A stretch of DNA of 64,000 bases from Lama guanicoe (lineage: Eukaryota): positions 17,600,711 through 17,664,710 of the forward strand of contig MU054187.1 in the NCBI GenBank assembly GCA_013239625.1. Reading direction: 5' to 3'. Of this stretch, positions 39,880 to 53,564 are shown piece after piece (the first letter of the stretch is position 1; every line of letters starts with the position of its first letter). The translations under genes were made by a program, and so were the position numbers. The notes beneath the pieces are model-generated. The model was not told the origin of the DNA. It was given only the letters and a program-made list of their open reading frames with translations, and did not search any database.

Positions 39880-40560
39880 CTGTGTGTGTACGTGCGCGTA
39901 ATTGTGTGTATGTTGGGGGAAACTGGAGCCTGCTACAACGGGTTTAGAAAAACTGATTGTCCATTTGAAACACTCTCGGAGTGTTCGAATGTTTACCTTA
40001 AAAGATAACCCCACTCTCAAATTCTGTAAAATGAACAATACTGATAAGGAAGATGTAGAGGGTGGGAAACCCACACAGTGGAATGGAGCTGTCCATGCCG
40101 CGAAAGTGACAGGGGAGCGCTCGGAGGAAAGGCGAGATGCAGAGAAAGTCTCTCTGGCTCTTCTCTCTCGGGCCACCATCCGGCGACGCTTCTTCTGTAA
40201 AAGCATTAATAGAAAATAATCCTAAAACCAGGACGGGTTGCGATCGTCCCGCGCAGTTTCCAGGCGTCTTCCCCGCCGCCGGGAGAGGTCCCTCTCCCCC
40301 CGTGGCAGGCGCGGAATGTGGCGATCCGGCCCGGGGCGGGGGATGACTTCATGCGGCCGGAGCTCGGCGGCGGGAGCAGCTGCTGCAGCTGGCAGGTGGG
40401 GTGGGGGCCGGCCGAGCTGACCACGCTCAGGGCCCGGCGCGGCGGCACTGCGGCCCCGGGGCAGCGGGCGCCGGGGACCTGCGCTGACTCGATCCGGAGA
40501 AGGTAAGCGGCTCCGCTATTATGAGCCTCGGCCACCATGCGCGTTGCTTTCCGCTCGGTT
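39880..40560. promoter_or_regulatory. CpG island promoter
   Basis: Only strongly GC/CpG-rich stretch in the window; GC box ggggcggggg 40333-40342; CRE-like ATGACTTCAT 40343-40352. Confidence 0.9.
40350..40502 (+). other. Probable non-coding first exon of an unidentified gene (5' boundary approximate)
   Basis: Splice donor AAG|GTAAGC at 40502/40503 at the 3' edge of the island, downstream of a GC box. Confidence 0.65.
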
Positions 40561-43500
40561 AATAAAGGGGTTTGTGTTACAGAGGGGAGAAAGGGAAATA
40601 TCCCTGCTGCATTCTGCAGTGGGAAAAGGAGCAACAACTGGAATTGAAATGTTAATCAGCCAAGTGCCTGAGATTGGAGGAGCACTGTTATTGGGCAAAC
40701 AAAGAAGGCGGTCAGCCCTCTGTACTCAAAGATGATCGACCATTGCAATGCCAGACTCGCTTAGAGAATGAAAGAGGATTCAAAATGTAAAATAATTTGA
40801 GTTGCACTTTTACGTTGCTACCTTCAACCTTCACTTGGTTGTTTGCTGGTTTGGGAGCCGCAGGTCCCTGACAGCAGCCCGGGGAAGTAATCAGAAATCT
40901 TCCCTCTCCTGCCTTCCTCTGTCTTCTCCCTTTCCAGTTATCGGAATGGGTCTGTGCACATTTCAATGTCAAACACTTCAATACTGAATCTCTAGAAAGA
41001 GTCTCAAATTAGGGGAGAAACTTAGCTCCTGGAGTTCAGCTTGGGTTGAGCAGCACTTGTCTCCACTTCTCCCTTCATTTACCATCTTCTCTGTCAATCA
41101 TTTCATTGATTCCCCCCACCCGCCAGGGATGCTTTGCCCATTCACAGGCCAACTCTTGTCAGTTCCTGTCTACCACCTCTGTTCCATGACTGATTTTGTC
41201 AAGCACCCAGAAAGGGGATTGCCCTACACCACTTTTGGTATTCTCTCTATACACTGTTACCTGTGTCCTTCCCCCAAATACATAGCATGAAAAAAAAAAA
41301 TCCTTTTAGCCCAGTACCAACATGGTTTCCGATAACTCCCTTCATTGTAGTCACTGTGGCTACCAGAGGCGTTTAGGGGACAGCAGGATCTGTTGGGGCG
41401 TGAGAAAGAGGGTTATACCTACATATTTCACTCCCCGTGCGTAGGAATAGGTAGAAGTAGAAACGAGAATGCCAGTCTATCCAGTTTTTCTTGAAGCTTT
41501 TTTAGTCCAGCGGGGTTGTGAGTCACCTACCTGGGCAGAATATGGGGCTAGTCCTCCCCCCAAAGCAAGCAGTGTGTTTGTCCTAGGATTCCCCAGTAAC
41601 CTCGAAAGAGTTTCCAGAGAGGCTTTCCCCACAGGCAGTTAGGAAGCCAGTGGAACTGGCCAATCTAAGCCTCGGGTTATTTGAGCACCTTCAAGTTAGT
41701 CTCCCCTTTTAGGGGTTCTGACCTAGGATTTTGCCACAGAAGCCTTGCTTCTGAGCGCAAGTGCCTACTCCTGTTGCCACCTAGACATTTACATTTGAAT
41801 GATATGCTGTGAAATGGTTAAGATGGCTGTGATGGGGATTGCAAATGTGCCACTTCACCAATGGAGAACAGTTGCAGTAAGCCAGACTGGGGGTGTCTGT
41901 GTGCCAGTATTCTATTTAAAAGGAGATTGGTTATCTTTAAATTTGAAATTAAAGAGACAGTCTGACTCAACAGCCATGTAATTTTATTTTAGCAAATCAA
42001 AACAGGAGATCAGTGAGAAGAGGGGCAGGATTTACAACTAAAAAAATTACCTCTGCTTATTTTCCTTTTTTAATATTGCTTTTAGACAAAGATACTGGTT
42101 CTGAAGAATCATGCTAATTCTATTATATATATCATTATTATTTTTCTGATTATGAATTCTCTATTTATAAATGCACTTTGGAAAGATCTGAGTTGGTTTC
42201 TTTGTCTCTACCTTCAGTATATGAGGCAGAGGGAATGGAGGGGGTGGGCAATTCCCACTCCAAGTAGCCCAATTCAGGAACTGTTTCCCTAGACCTTGAA
42301 AACCTCTCAGGACCAATTTTTTTTTTTTTGGCTTGCTTTTTGTTATTATGATCTATTGAATGCTGTTTGGATTTAGAATACCAAAATTTCAAGATTCTAA
42401 AATTTTAACTCAGGCCCACCAACTAGAAGAGGGAACAAAGAACAAGAACAGCAAAACCCATTCTTCTGTCCCCTTTCTTGCCTAATCATAAAATATTGAA
42501 CTATATGAATAATTATTTTGAATAATAAGTGAAAAAATAGTAAAAATACTAATTCATTTTTAAGAAAGTATCCCAAATCGTACGAAAGAGAGATTAGTGC
42601 AGTTGATCTTAAGTATAATGAAAATTTCTGTAATTTTAAAAGGCATCTTTATGTTGAAGAGTAATACATGAAGATATCCTAATGATTGTTAAACACTTTA
42701 AGTGTCTATTACTTGGTTTTTGGAGAAGCTGAATTCTTTGGCACGAAGTGAGTGAGGATTAGGGGACTGGTGCTGTTTAGGCTGGCATCATACCTGTCAG
42801 TATTTTACAGCTAAGATGCATACATTTAGTGATGGACTGGGTTGGAGAAGCCTCTTGGGGAATAAAGAAAACAGAAAATTTAATTTCTCATTTCAGTGTA
42901 ACTAAGATAATTAAATTTAGAGGATTTCTGAATTTGGACTTGGTTATATTTAAACAATTTTAGAAGAAATTTCCCAAATTCAGAGCCCTAGGAAGAAATG
43001 TTTGTATGATTTCCTGACTGAAACTGATTGATAAGTTTCTTTCCCTTTTTTAAACGTTTCTCAGAGAAAGGAAAAATTAATTGCCTGGTGTTAAGAAATG
43101 AAGGAGGAATACAAACTAGAAGAATGTGCACTGTTAGGTGCTAAATGAACTGTAGGAACTTTTAGTAGCTTTAACAAGATAGAATTGAAATCAATCTGTG
43201 GCTTTCTAATTACATTTAAAAAAATATTTAGTCTGGTGCGTGGTCAGGTGTTATTAGTAACTTAAGAGAGTGCAAATTTTGGAGTCAAAGTTGCCCTTTC
43301 CTAACAAAAGGCATATTCTGGTGCTCTATTGCTGCCCTTAGTTACAATTGAAAGAGCTTATTCTGAGATTTTGAAAAATGGAAAAAGAAAAAGAAAAGTA
43401 GGATTAATAACGCTGAAGAAGAATTGTCATTTCTATTTAATCATTGCCTCCACTGAGAATGGGTAGAAAAAGTGCTATTTTGAAAGTTGTCAAAGGTTTC

Positions 43501-43699
43501 TTCATTGCCAGATTTTTGTGCTGTTTCACCCTGTTCATTGTCTTTATTTTTTTAAGTTCTCTCCTATGTTCTTTTTTTTTTTAAATTAAATGCTTGTAAA
43601 AGTATTATCAATAGTCAATATGTATCAGGCACCGAGATATCTCTTTATCTAGCTTCTCACTAATCCCCTTAAATTACCCCATGACCAGCCTAAACCAAC

Positions 43700-44052
43700 C
43701 GGTCTTCATTTCCCGTTTGTGCCCCATGATGCATGCCTGTATGTCTTCTGTTCCTTTAACTCACTCTGCTGCATGTTGAAACTTTGTTCACATCAGATAC
43801 TGCCTCTTCCGTGAAGCCTTCCCCGTACCCACCTTCCTTCTTGCGTCAAATGTGTTTCACCCTTGTCTAAATTCCTATGGCACTTTCTATCTTGGTCTGT
43901 CCTTTTCTGTGAACATGCTTTGCTCTTCTAAAAGAGCCCTGGAGAACAGAGTCTGTGACTAATAACTTTTTATTATCTACAACTCATAGTACAGTGCTTA
44001 GCTATGTGTATGCAAGGTAGACAGATGTTCAACAATTTGATTTAAGTGAACA
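43700..44052 (+). mobile_element. LINE-2 3' fragment
   Basis: 'tgcctcttccgtgaagccttcccc...gccctggagaacagagtctgtg...catagtacagtgcttagc'. Confidence 0.6.
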
Positions 44053-44984
44053 AATTCAGTATTTTCCAGGGGTGTACATCTACCTACTCAACTAGTCGAG
44101 ATAGGCTCTAAATATGTGTGTAAGTACCGTTTTAGTTGTTTAAAATCCTTATATAATAATAAATATAGTGAAAGTATATTCAAACAGTTACATTTAACAA
44201 AAGTTATTGTGCGCCTACATGCTCTTAAATGGATATTAGCTCATCCATATTAAAAAGCATGGTAAGCATTGCAAAACAAAACTTTAAAGAAGACATTGTA
44301 CTTGTTTTCAGTATGCTTGCATTCTATTGAAAAAGACTAAGCAGGAGCAGATGCCTTTATATATAAGTGCTTATCGAGTTTTAAGGCCCTCTCTGGGTAC
44401 TTTCATCTATGGTATCTCATTTCATCCTTCTACTGTATGCTATTTTTATAATGAGACTCAGAAGTGTCACCTAAATCACAGAGATACTTTCCCCATTACA
44501 ATGCTGCTCTTTGAAGTGTAACAGGGTAAAGGAAAATGATAAAAAAAAACATAGTGCCCGAGTCATCAGAGTTGTTTAAAATTGTTTTGTGATCAGTCTT
44601 TCCAGTGTTTTTTAAACTTTTGGGTTCTAACGTCCCCACTGATAATTCAACAGAGGCTATACATCCACTCCCCAAGTACATACACAAACACACACACAGA
44701 ATTTTGTATATAATGACAGGTGTTTAAGGACCTGATAAAGCCCTCCTTTACAAAAGGTTTAAGGACTTCTACTCATCTACTTTATTTTTTGCGTGTTCAG
44801 TATTTAATATTTATTTTTGTACCTATTAAAATTTTTAAAAAAGTTAATTGTTATAGATTGAGATATAAACTTGAGCACATTCCTCCTTTACTTAATAACT
44901 TTTTTGTGTTTTTGTATTCTTTCCCTCTCACACAAACACACAAATTTATATAAATTAGATCAAATAATGCTTTTTTTGTGAAAA

Positions 44985-47900
44985 GGCTTTTAACCATTAA
45001 TCATTGAGTATAATATTAGCTGTGGGCTTATCATAGATGGCCTTTATTATGGTGCAATATATTCTTTCTATTCTGTATTTGTTAAAAGTTTTTATCATGA
45101 ATGGATGTTGAATTTTGTCAAATGCTTTTTTTTTGCATCTGTTGAGATGATCACATGATTCTTTTCTTTCATTCTGTTAATGTGTTGTATCTCATTGCAT
45201 ATTTGCATATATTATACCATCCTTGCATCCTAGGAATAAACCCCACTTGATTATGGTGAAAGATCCTTTTAATGTACTGCTGAGTTCAGTTTGCTAATAT
45301 TTTATTTATTTATAGATTTTTTGCATCTATATTCATCAGAGATAATGGCCTGTAGTTTTCTTTCCTAGTAGTGTCCTTTTCTAGTTTTAGTGTCAGAATA
45401 ATGCTGGCCTGGCAAAATGAGTTTTTCTCTTCAGTTTTTTGGAAGAGTTTGAGAAAGATTGGTGGTGATTCTTCTTTAAATGTTTGGTAAAACTTACTAA
45501 TGAAGCCATTTGGTCCTAGGCTCGTCTTCATTGGGAGATTTTTGATTACTGATTCAATCTCCTTACTACTAATTAGTCCTTTCAGATTTTCTGTTTCCTC
45601 GTGATTCAGTCTTGGTAAGTTGTATGTTTCTAAGAATTTTTCCACTTCTAGGTTGTCCAGTTTGTCAATATATAGTTGCTCATCGTAGCCTCTTATAATC
45701 CTTTGAATTTCTATGTTATCAGTTATATTGTCTCCTTTTTCACTTATAATTTTGTTGATTTGGATCCTTTCTTTCTCTTTTTCCTTGGTCAGTCTAGCTA
45801 AGGGCTTATCAATTTTGTTTATCTTTTCAAAAAACCAACTCTCAGTTTGGTTAATTTTTTCTGTTGTTTTCTGTTCTCTATTTCACTTATTTCTGCTCTA
45901 ATATTTATTAATTCCCTTCTCATGCTAATTTTAGACTAAGCTTGTTCTTCTTTTTTTCTAGTTCCAGAAGGTACAGGGTTAGGTTGTTTATTGGGGATTT
46001 TTCTTGCTTCTTAATTTAGGTGTTTTTTGCTATACACTTCCCCCTTAGAACTGCTTTTGTGAATCCCATAAGTTCTGGTATGTTGTATTTTCATTTTTGT
46101 TGGTCTCAAGTAACTTTTAAATTCCTGTTTAATTTCTTCTTTGAGCCATTGGTTATTCAGAAACATTTACAATTGTATCTTCTGGATGTACTGATCTCTT
46201 AATTACTGTATAATGACCTTCTTTTTCTCTTTTTTATCATTTTGAGTTTAAAGTCTGTTTTGTTTTGTATGATGTAAGTATAGCTACCCCTGTTTCTTTT
46301 TAAGTGCCATTTGCTTGAAATGTCTTTTTCCATTCCTCCACCCATAGTATATGAGTCTTTAAGGCAAAAGCGAGGGTCTGGTAGGCAGTATATTATTGGA
46401 TCTTGTTTTGTAAATCCATTCAGCCATTCTATGTTTTCAACTGGATAATATAATCCAGTTATGTTTAAAGCATTGATAGGCAAGGACTTATTGCTGCCAT
46501 TTTGTTCATTGTTGTCTTGTTGTTTCGTAGATCCATTGTTTCTTGTTTTTTATTTTTCTGTCTTTTTTGTGTTTTGCAGTCTCTTGGTATCAGTATCCTT
46601 TAACTTCTTTAGCATATTCTTTTGTGTTATTACTATAGGATTTTCCCTTGTGGGTATCATGTGGCTTACATAAAACATCTTAAACTTATAATACCTTATA
46701 ATATAATTAAACTTATAAATACTTATAATATAATTAAAAAATGTTTTAAACTGATAACAACTTAAATTCAATAGAATCTGTAAAATTTACACTTTTATTT
46801 CTTTTCCCTTTTACATTTTAGGTTATTGCTGTTACAACTTATCTGCTTTTTATGCTGTATGACTAGTAACAAATTATTGTAGTTATGGTTATTTTTGCTA
46901 TTTTTTAACTGTGAAACTAAACTTGTAAGTGAATTATGCACCCCCATTACCATATTGCAAATTTATGACTATATATTTACAATTATCAGTGAGATTTATG
47001 CTACCTTTTTATATTTATATGATGTCATTTAGCATTTTTTTTTCACTTCTACTCAAATTACTTCCTTTAGCGCTTCTTGTAAGGCAGATCTGGTGGTAAT
47101 AAACTCTTTCAGCTTCTGTTTGTTCAGGAAAGCCTTTATCCCTTTTTTGTTTCTGAAGAACAGCTTTGCCTGGTATAGAATTCTTGTTTGACAGTTATTT
47201 TCTTTCAATATTTTGAGTATGTCATTCCATTCTTTCCTGGGCTGAAAAGCTTCCCTTGAGAAACCCACCAGTAGCCTTCTGGGGATTACCTTGTTTGTAA
47301 CTTCTCTCTTTTCTACTGCTTCTTGTAAAATTATTTCTTCATCTTTGACTTTTGACAATTTAATTACAATGTGTCTCAGTTGTAGCCCTATTTCAGTTCA
47401 ACCTATTTGGAGTAATTTGGGCCTCATGGATCTGGATATCCATCTCTCCCCCCAAGTCTGGGAAGTTTTCAGCCATCATTGCTTTAAGAGTACTTTTTGT
47501 CCCTTTCTCTCTTCTCCTCTGGAGCTCTCATAATGCAAATATTGTTTCTTTTTAATAATTTCCATAGGATTTCCACAAGATTTCTTCACTCTTTTTTATT
47601 CTTTTTTCTTTTTGTTCCTCTCACTGGATAATTTCTACGGTCCTGTTCTCCAGTTTGCTGATTCTTTCTTGTTCATGGTCAAATCTACTTTTGAAACTCT
47701 CTATTGAATTTTTCAATTCAGTTACTATATTTTTCAACTCTAGGATTCCTGTTTGGAATTTTCTGATGGTTGCTATTTCTTTCCTGAACTTCTCATTTTG
47801 TTCATATATTGTTTTCCTAATTTCTTTTAGTTATCTATGTTTTCTTGTAGCTCACTAAACTTCTTTAAGAGGATATTCTAAATTCTTTGTCTGATAGTTC

Positions 47901-49380
47901 ATACATCTTCATTTCTTTAAGATCAGATATTGGAATTTCATTAGTTTCCTTTTGTGGTGACATGTTTGCCTGATTTTGGGTAATCCTAGATTTCTTACAT
48001 TGGTATCTGCACATTTGAGTAATCAGGCTCTTCCTCCAGACTTTACTGAATAATTTACATTCAGTAGTGGATAGGGCTATGAATTAGCTTCCTAGCTGGG
48101 CAGCAGGACAGGAATCAGGGTTTGCATAGTTCATTGTTTAGGAACTCAAATCAGGCCAGAATGTGCACTGAACTCCCTGGTCAGATAAGGACACTGGGTT
48201 TGCTCCGCAGATAGAGGAGGCCAGAGGAGGCCACGGGCTGTGATCTCTGTTCAAGTGTGGGGCTATTGAATGGGCTACATAGCTTCCCATGTGCTCCGGT
48301 TAGGCTTCCTGTTTGGACAGGCTGAAAGCTGTATTCAGCAATGAGCAAGGCTGTGAATTAGATTTCCTGCCTGGGTGCAGCAGGAGAAGCAGCTCTAAGA
48401 CCAGTAAAGCTCTTTGCTGTCCTAACTCAAGCTGACCCAAACCTCAAGTTCCCTGGCTGCACAGGGCCACTGGCTTTGCTTGGCAAACTGTCAGCTCTGC
48501 CTACCCTTCTTTAGGCTTGAGCACTGCTGAGCTGCACATTTTCCAGGAGTTGTCACCAGCCCTTCTAGTCAGATGGGACAAGAAGACACTTTTCCCAGCA
48601 GGTGGGATGGGGCTAATCTCAGCTCCTTTGGCTGGGTAGGAGGAGGGCGGCCACTCTGGGCTACTTTTAATTTGTTAAACAGGCTTCCCAGTCGGGAGAG
48701 GCTGGGAGCTACCCTCAGCCTTGGCTATTAATTAATCTTCCTGCCTGTGCAGAGCACAGGAACCTTCTACACTTGGTACTGGCTTTGCTTTGGGAGCAGT
48801 CAGCTCTGTCCTCCCACCTTTGCTCAGCCAGGCAAATCTGTACCCCACCTAGTTCCCTGGCTATAGTTCACCCCTCAACTTGGCTCTGTAGATGAGCAAA
48901 GCCACTGGTTGTGATCACTACTTGGGCACTGCAGGTGTGAATTCATTCTGTCACAGTCCCTGTAACTGGCTGTTGCACATCCCTCCCTACTTCATCACAG
49001 TCTAACTTTCAGTGGCCAAGCTCTCCAGATCCCCATGTAAACCCTTTAGGGCAGATCAGAGCAGGGGCTCCTACAAAGTAACCCCAATGCTGGGGGTGTG
49101 CTGGCTGTCCTCTCAGATTCTCTTCCTAGAAGCTCAGGGCAGACTTCACTGTGCAGTGCTGTGCAGGCCTGGGAGAGGGGCAATGCAGGCAGCATGCAGC
49201 CGCTTTCACCCTTCTAATGCAGTCTACCTTGGTCTCTGGTGCAAGAGAGTGCTTTAGTCTCACACCATGTTCTAGGATTCTCTCAGTGGTGTCTTATTCC
49301 CAAATAGTTGTTAGTTGTTCCTTCTGTGAGGGAGAACAAAGCCCAAAACGGCCTATTTCACCATCTTGGTGATGCCACCC
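44985..49380 (-). mobile_element. 3'-truncated LINE-1 (5'UTR, ORF1, N-terminal part of ORF2), decayed
   Basis: ORF1 C-terminus 47053-47358 (EWNDILKILKENNCQTRILYQAKL); endonuclease start 46199-46483 (KQDPIIYCL); ORF2 45310-45645 ([14 protein letters not shown]...[15 protein letters not shown]); 5' end 'ccatcttgg' near 49365. Confidence 0.95.
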
Positions 49381-49876
49381 TACTCTGGACTCACTTTGAC
49401 AATGTATGTGCCCTTCAGTTAGCCCAGACATTTCTAGTACCTGAAATGAGGTTCCCCTTCTATTGCTCTCCATGCTTTAGGACTTAAAATGAGAGCTCTT
49501 CACTAGCACTGGCACCAATGCAGCTGACATGACTAACAAGCAAGTGCCAGTGAGAATAATGAGTCAAAGAACCTTGATTCATGGAAAAAGAATCTGAATA
49601 TTATACATTCCAGACAACTTATTTCAAGTTTTCCAATCAAAACTGTTTTTACAAAAAAGAAACAGTTCTCAGACTTAAGAGTACTATACTGCCAAATATG
49701 TAGAACTTTGCCAGCAGCTGAGTGGTGTAGTCTACTTTGAAATATATTTAGTTATCTTAGGATGGACGTATGTCTGCCTCGAAGTTACTATTTCTTTCTA
49801 GTAATTCTATCTACAATAATATATTTGCTTTTGCCAAGTTAAGAAAAGAATGAAAAGTTATGTTCATCCCTCCTAG

Positions 49877-50112
49877 GTTCCAAAACAATTACCAGCATAA
49901 AAATGCATTAAAATTCTTAGCTGATACTTGAGGAAACCAGTACTAGCTAGCGTGGTTCCTGCTGATCCATGCGAAGAGAGGCATGACTGGAACATCAGTC
50001 TAGAAAAAGCAGAGATGGAAAGATGGAAAGAGGGAAGACTCAAGAGGACAATGTGAGCTGTTTCTTTCTTTACACTTCTCAATATATGATAATAACTGTA
50101 TAAGCTCTTCAA
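49877..50112 (+). other. Candidate internal non-coding exon
   Basis: Acceptor ttcatccctcctag| and donor CAA|GTAAGT; non-repetitive; no long ORF. Confidence 0.3.
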
Positions 50113-50994
50113 GTAAGTGCAATTTCATGGAAACTTCATAATATGCCTAATATGAGGCAAATTTGTATTTTATGCTATAGTAGATTTTTATTATTTTTAT
50201 TATGATAAAATATTATATATATACCATATATGTTAGGTTTTAGTTGGAAAATACTTTCATCGCATTGTGTTTATAGTACATTAAAGATATCTAGCCTATA
50301 ACACTACTATATTACCTGTATTAGTTGCCCAGTAATGTGTACCGTGAGTGTGCCATAATTTTATTCAATCAAAACCTATCTATCAAGTCTGAAATTGTTT
50401 TATGATTTCAAGCTATGTGGTAATAGACATAGAAGTGTGTGTCTTTATATTCTGGTGCTTTTACTTTTGATGGAAGAATTCTAAGAGTGGTATGAAGTGG
50501 TATTGTTGGATCATAAATTATGCAGAAACATTTATAATTTGAGTATGTATACTGACGATAAAAATCATAAACTGTTTTAACACATAGTATTTCTGTATTT
50601 TCGGTGACCATTTCTATCTTAAAAAAAAGAATACAAGTAATATAAGGGAATCCATGTAACATGATCTGAGCAAGGAAATACTCATTTTTAGTTCATGGAA
50701 GAAAAATCCAATGCATAAGTATTGAAAGATTTTAAGTCTCTCAATCACACATTTCATCTTTGCAAAAATATTACAGAGTACATCACAGATGTAGTTATGT
50801 CTTGTAACAACAGTGTAGAAAACTGGAAATGTCTATAGCTATATATATTTTTTAAGCTTCAGCAATTGATCATTTGTATCCAGCCTAAACTAAAAAAAAT
50901 TTTTAGACTAATTTTTAATCTAAAACTATATTATAGTTCAAATTTATTCACCTCCATTATCATAAATCTTTTATTTTGTTGGGTTTTTTCTTAG

Positions 50995-51350
50995 TTCCTC
51001 TTTAACATATCCTTTATAATTTACTCTGAAACAGAATAATTAAAGCCCAATGATGAGAGTGTCTTATATAAGCTGAACTACAGAATATTGGAATATCTGA
51101 AGTATAAACAGAATTGGCAAGACTTTTAACTATACTCCTTAGAAGATTATCTTGATTTGCATTGTCCGAGAAAGGAGAAACAGAGCTTGCTGGGGATTGC
51201 ATCATGTATTACTTGAATTAGACATTAACATGTTAAAAGGGCAAGGATGAAGCAACATGTTTATAACATACTTTTGAAAATTACTTAGAACTGAAGGGTT
51301 GCAAGAACACAGACAGACACACCCTAGACATTTCACAACACTATTTTAAG
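50995..51350 (+). other. Candidate internal non-coding exon (alternative start 51035)
   Basis: Acceptor ggttttttcttag| or ctctgaaacag|; donor AAG|GTATGC; non-repetitive. Confidence 0.25.
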
Positions 51351-53381
51351 GTATGCCTTTTCTTTGGTTAATTGGAATAGAGGGACCTATTAAACACTTC
51401 TATTATTTACTTTCATCTTTACAACTCTCTGATCAAACCCTCATTACACAACAGGTGTAAAACAAATAAGCATTCTGACCTTCGCCTAAATAAGCAACAA
51501 CAAACCCAGATCTTAAACAACGGATGGCAATGGCTACAAGACTGAGGATTTCTGGTCATTTCAATAGTAATAGCAACACAACCTGCTTTTTTCCTTCTGT
51601 TGTATGTTGCAGAATCTGAGTAAATAGAGAGAAATCAGTGATATCTTTAGTGCCATTTCATGATCTTTTACACGCGGGTTCTCTAGTAATTGAAATGTAG
51701 TGAAAAACAACCAGGATGGTAACACCTTCTATCCAGCCAGAGAAATTAATCCTGCTAGGACTTGCAGAAATAATGTTGAATTTGAATTGGTGGGTACCTA
51801 ATGGAATCACTGAGAATAAGCTGTCAGATTCACCAAATCCAAGTTCAGATTTAAAGGTAAATTTTAAAGGTTGTGAAGATTTTAATATTTGCTATATATG
51901 TAATATATGTTATATGTATATATTTTAGAAAAGTATAATTGTACGTATGGGTTTTCAATTATAAGATATATTAATCGAAGAATAATGCATTTTAGAAGGA
52001 TTTATTTTGAAAAGACTACATTAGCACTTTTTTAAACCACTACCCTCAAAAATAGATTGTGAGAAATCACTGTTCATCCGAGTTTCTCTCTCATCTCAAG
52101 GAAGTGAGTCGTTCTTGGGGAAATTGCTTTCATCTAATTTGTGCTTTCCTGCAGTGGATTAAGCTGAAATGAAATGAGGCTGACGTGCTTAACTATTGTG
52201 ACACACCCACGTTTACCAGAATTACCTAATGGTCAGTGCTGAAGGGTTTTATAATATACAAATACGTACTTCCTGAGACTCTCCATTGATAAAAGTTAGT
52301 TAAGACATGGCTGGTGAGCCTATAAAAGAGATATCTAAATTACATTTCTTACATCCTCTCCATATTAGAGAGCAACCCAGAATTGCAAAGTAAGGCATGA
52401 GACAGTAGTAGCATTTGGTATATTTCATAAATGTTTAGATTTCTAGGGAGCTTACTGGGTATCATATATTATGGTAAGCACACAACTGTGAACTGTAATT
52501 TTAAAATAGTGAAATATGAAGGGCATAAAAATTTCTGCAACTCAAATAGTCAGTTTGGTATTTGGGTTTACCATAGACATTTACAAGGTATTTGCTGAAC
52601 AGCAAAATGAACCACACTATTTTATTTTGAAAGCTGCCCTCCTAATACAAAATAATTGGTAGTCTGCACAGATTCATTACAATTATGTTTGTAGGTGTGG
52701 TGAGAATGAGTTAGCCATGGCACTATCCTTTCCCTTTTTCTTGCCAAACCATACTCTATTCCCTTTGCGGTTTTGGTAAGGGGGAAATTAGAAAATTAGA
52801 CATGATGGATAGACAGTTCAAGACACTCAACCAAGCACGGTCCTTTTACATAGGATAGGAAAACCTATGACATTACTCTTCTTTCTTCAACCACAAGGGA
52901 TTTGGACTTTCAGAAAATTCAAAATGCAAGACATAGATTTTAATAAGAAAATATTAGTCAGCAGTTCTCTTATCTCCGTGTCCTTTTCAATCTCATTGAT
53001 TGTGAAGAACACAATCATAGAAAAAGCAAAATCTCTATCAGTTGAAAATTTTTTCCACCTGCATGCAGGTTTGAGATAGTGGACGTATAACATCTTCTGG
53101 GGTTTGTAAAATCACTATTTCACCCCCAAAATTAAATCTGACACTAAATAGTCCATTGAATAAGGTGAGGAAGGTTGTCCTCTTGGTCATTATTTACATG
53201 AAAAAAAAATCACTAACCTATTCAGTCAAAATACTTGTGTTTAATTACTCCTTAATGAAATGGAAAATGAAATAAAATGGCAGTACAGTGTTAAAAAAGC
53301 AAAGCCATTGGGTTGCTCTCAAAATGTGTATATGTAAAATCTACATTTCTTTTTTAATTTGATAAAAATTTTTATTCTTAG

Positions 53382-53445
53382 AGCTCTCAGGCAGCTTTTG
53401 GTCATTTTTAACATCAATCAAAAATCTCTAAATATTATCTTGAAG
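53382..53445 (+). other. Candidate 64-nt non-coding exon
   Basis: Acceptor tttttattcttag|; donor AAG|GTATGC. Confidence 0.2.
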
Positions 53446-53564
53446 GTATGCTGATTACTAGGCATCCTCCTTCCCTTTCTGTCTTTATTTTTATTTTTTT
53501 ATTTATTTTGGGGATTTTTGGCTACTACTTATGTCCAAATCATGTCTTTCAGGAAGTGAATTTT

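Noticed and set aside
39962..39991. Small hairpin upstream of the promoter
   Set aside because: 7-bp core stem only; no independent support for function
39859..40735. Overlapping ORFs across the CpG island as a coding locus
   Set aside because: Expected stop-codon depletion in GC-rich DNA; low-complexity G/A/R/P products with no recognisable domain
40350..53445. Assigning a gene symbol to the CpG-island gene
   Set aside because: No coding sequence in the window and I do not reliably recognise the UTR; naming it would be a guess
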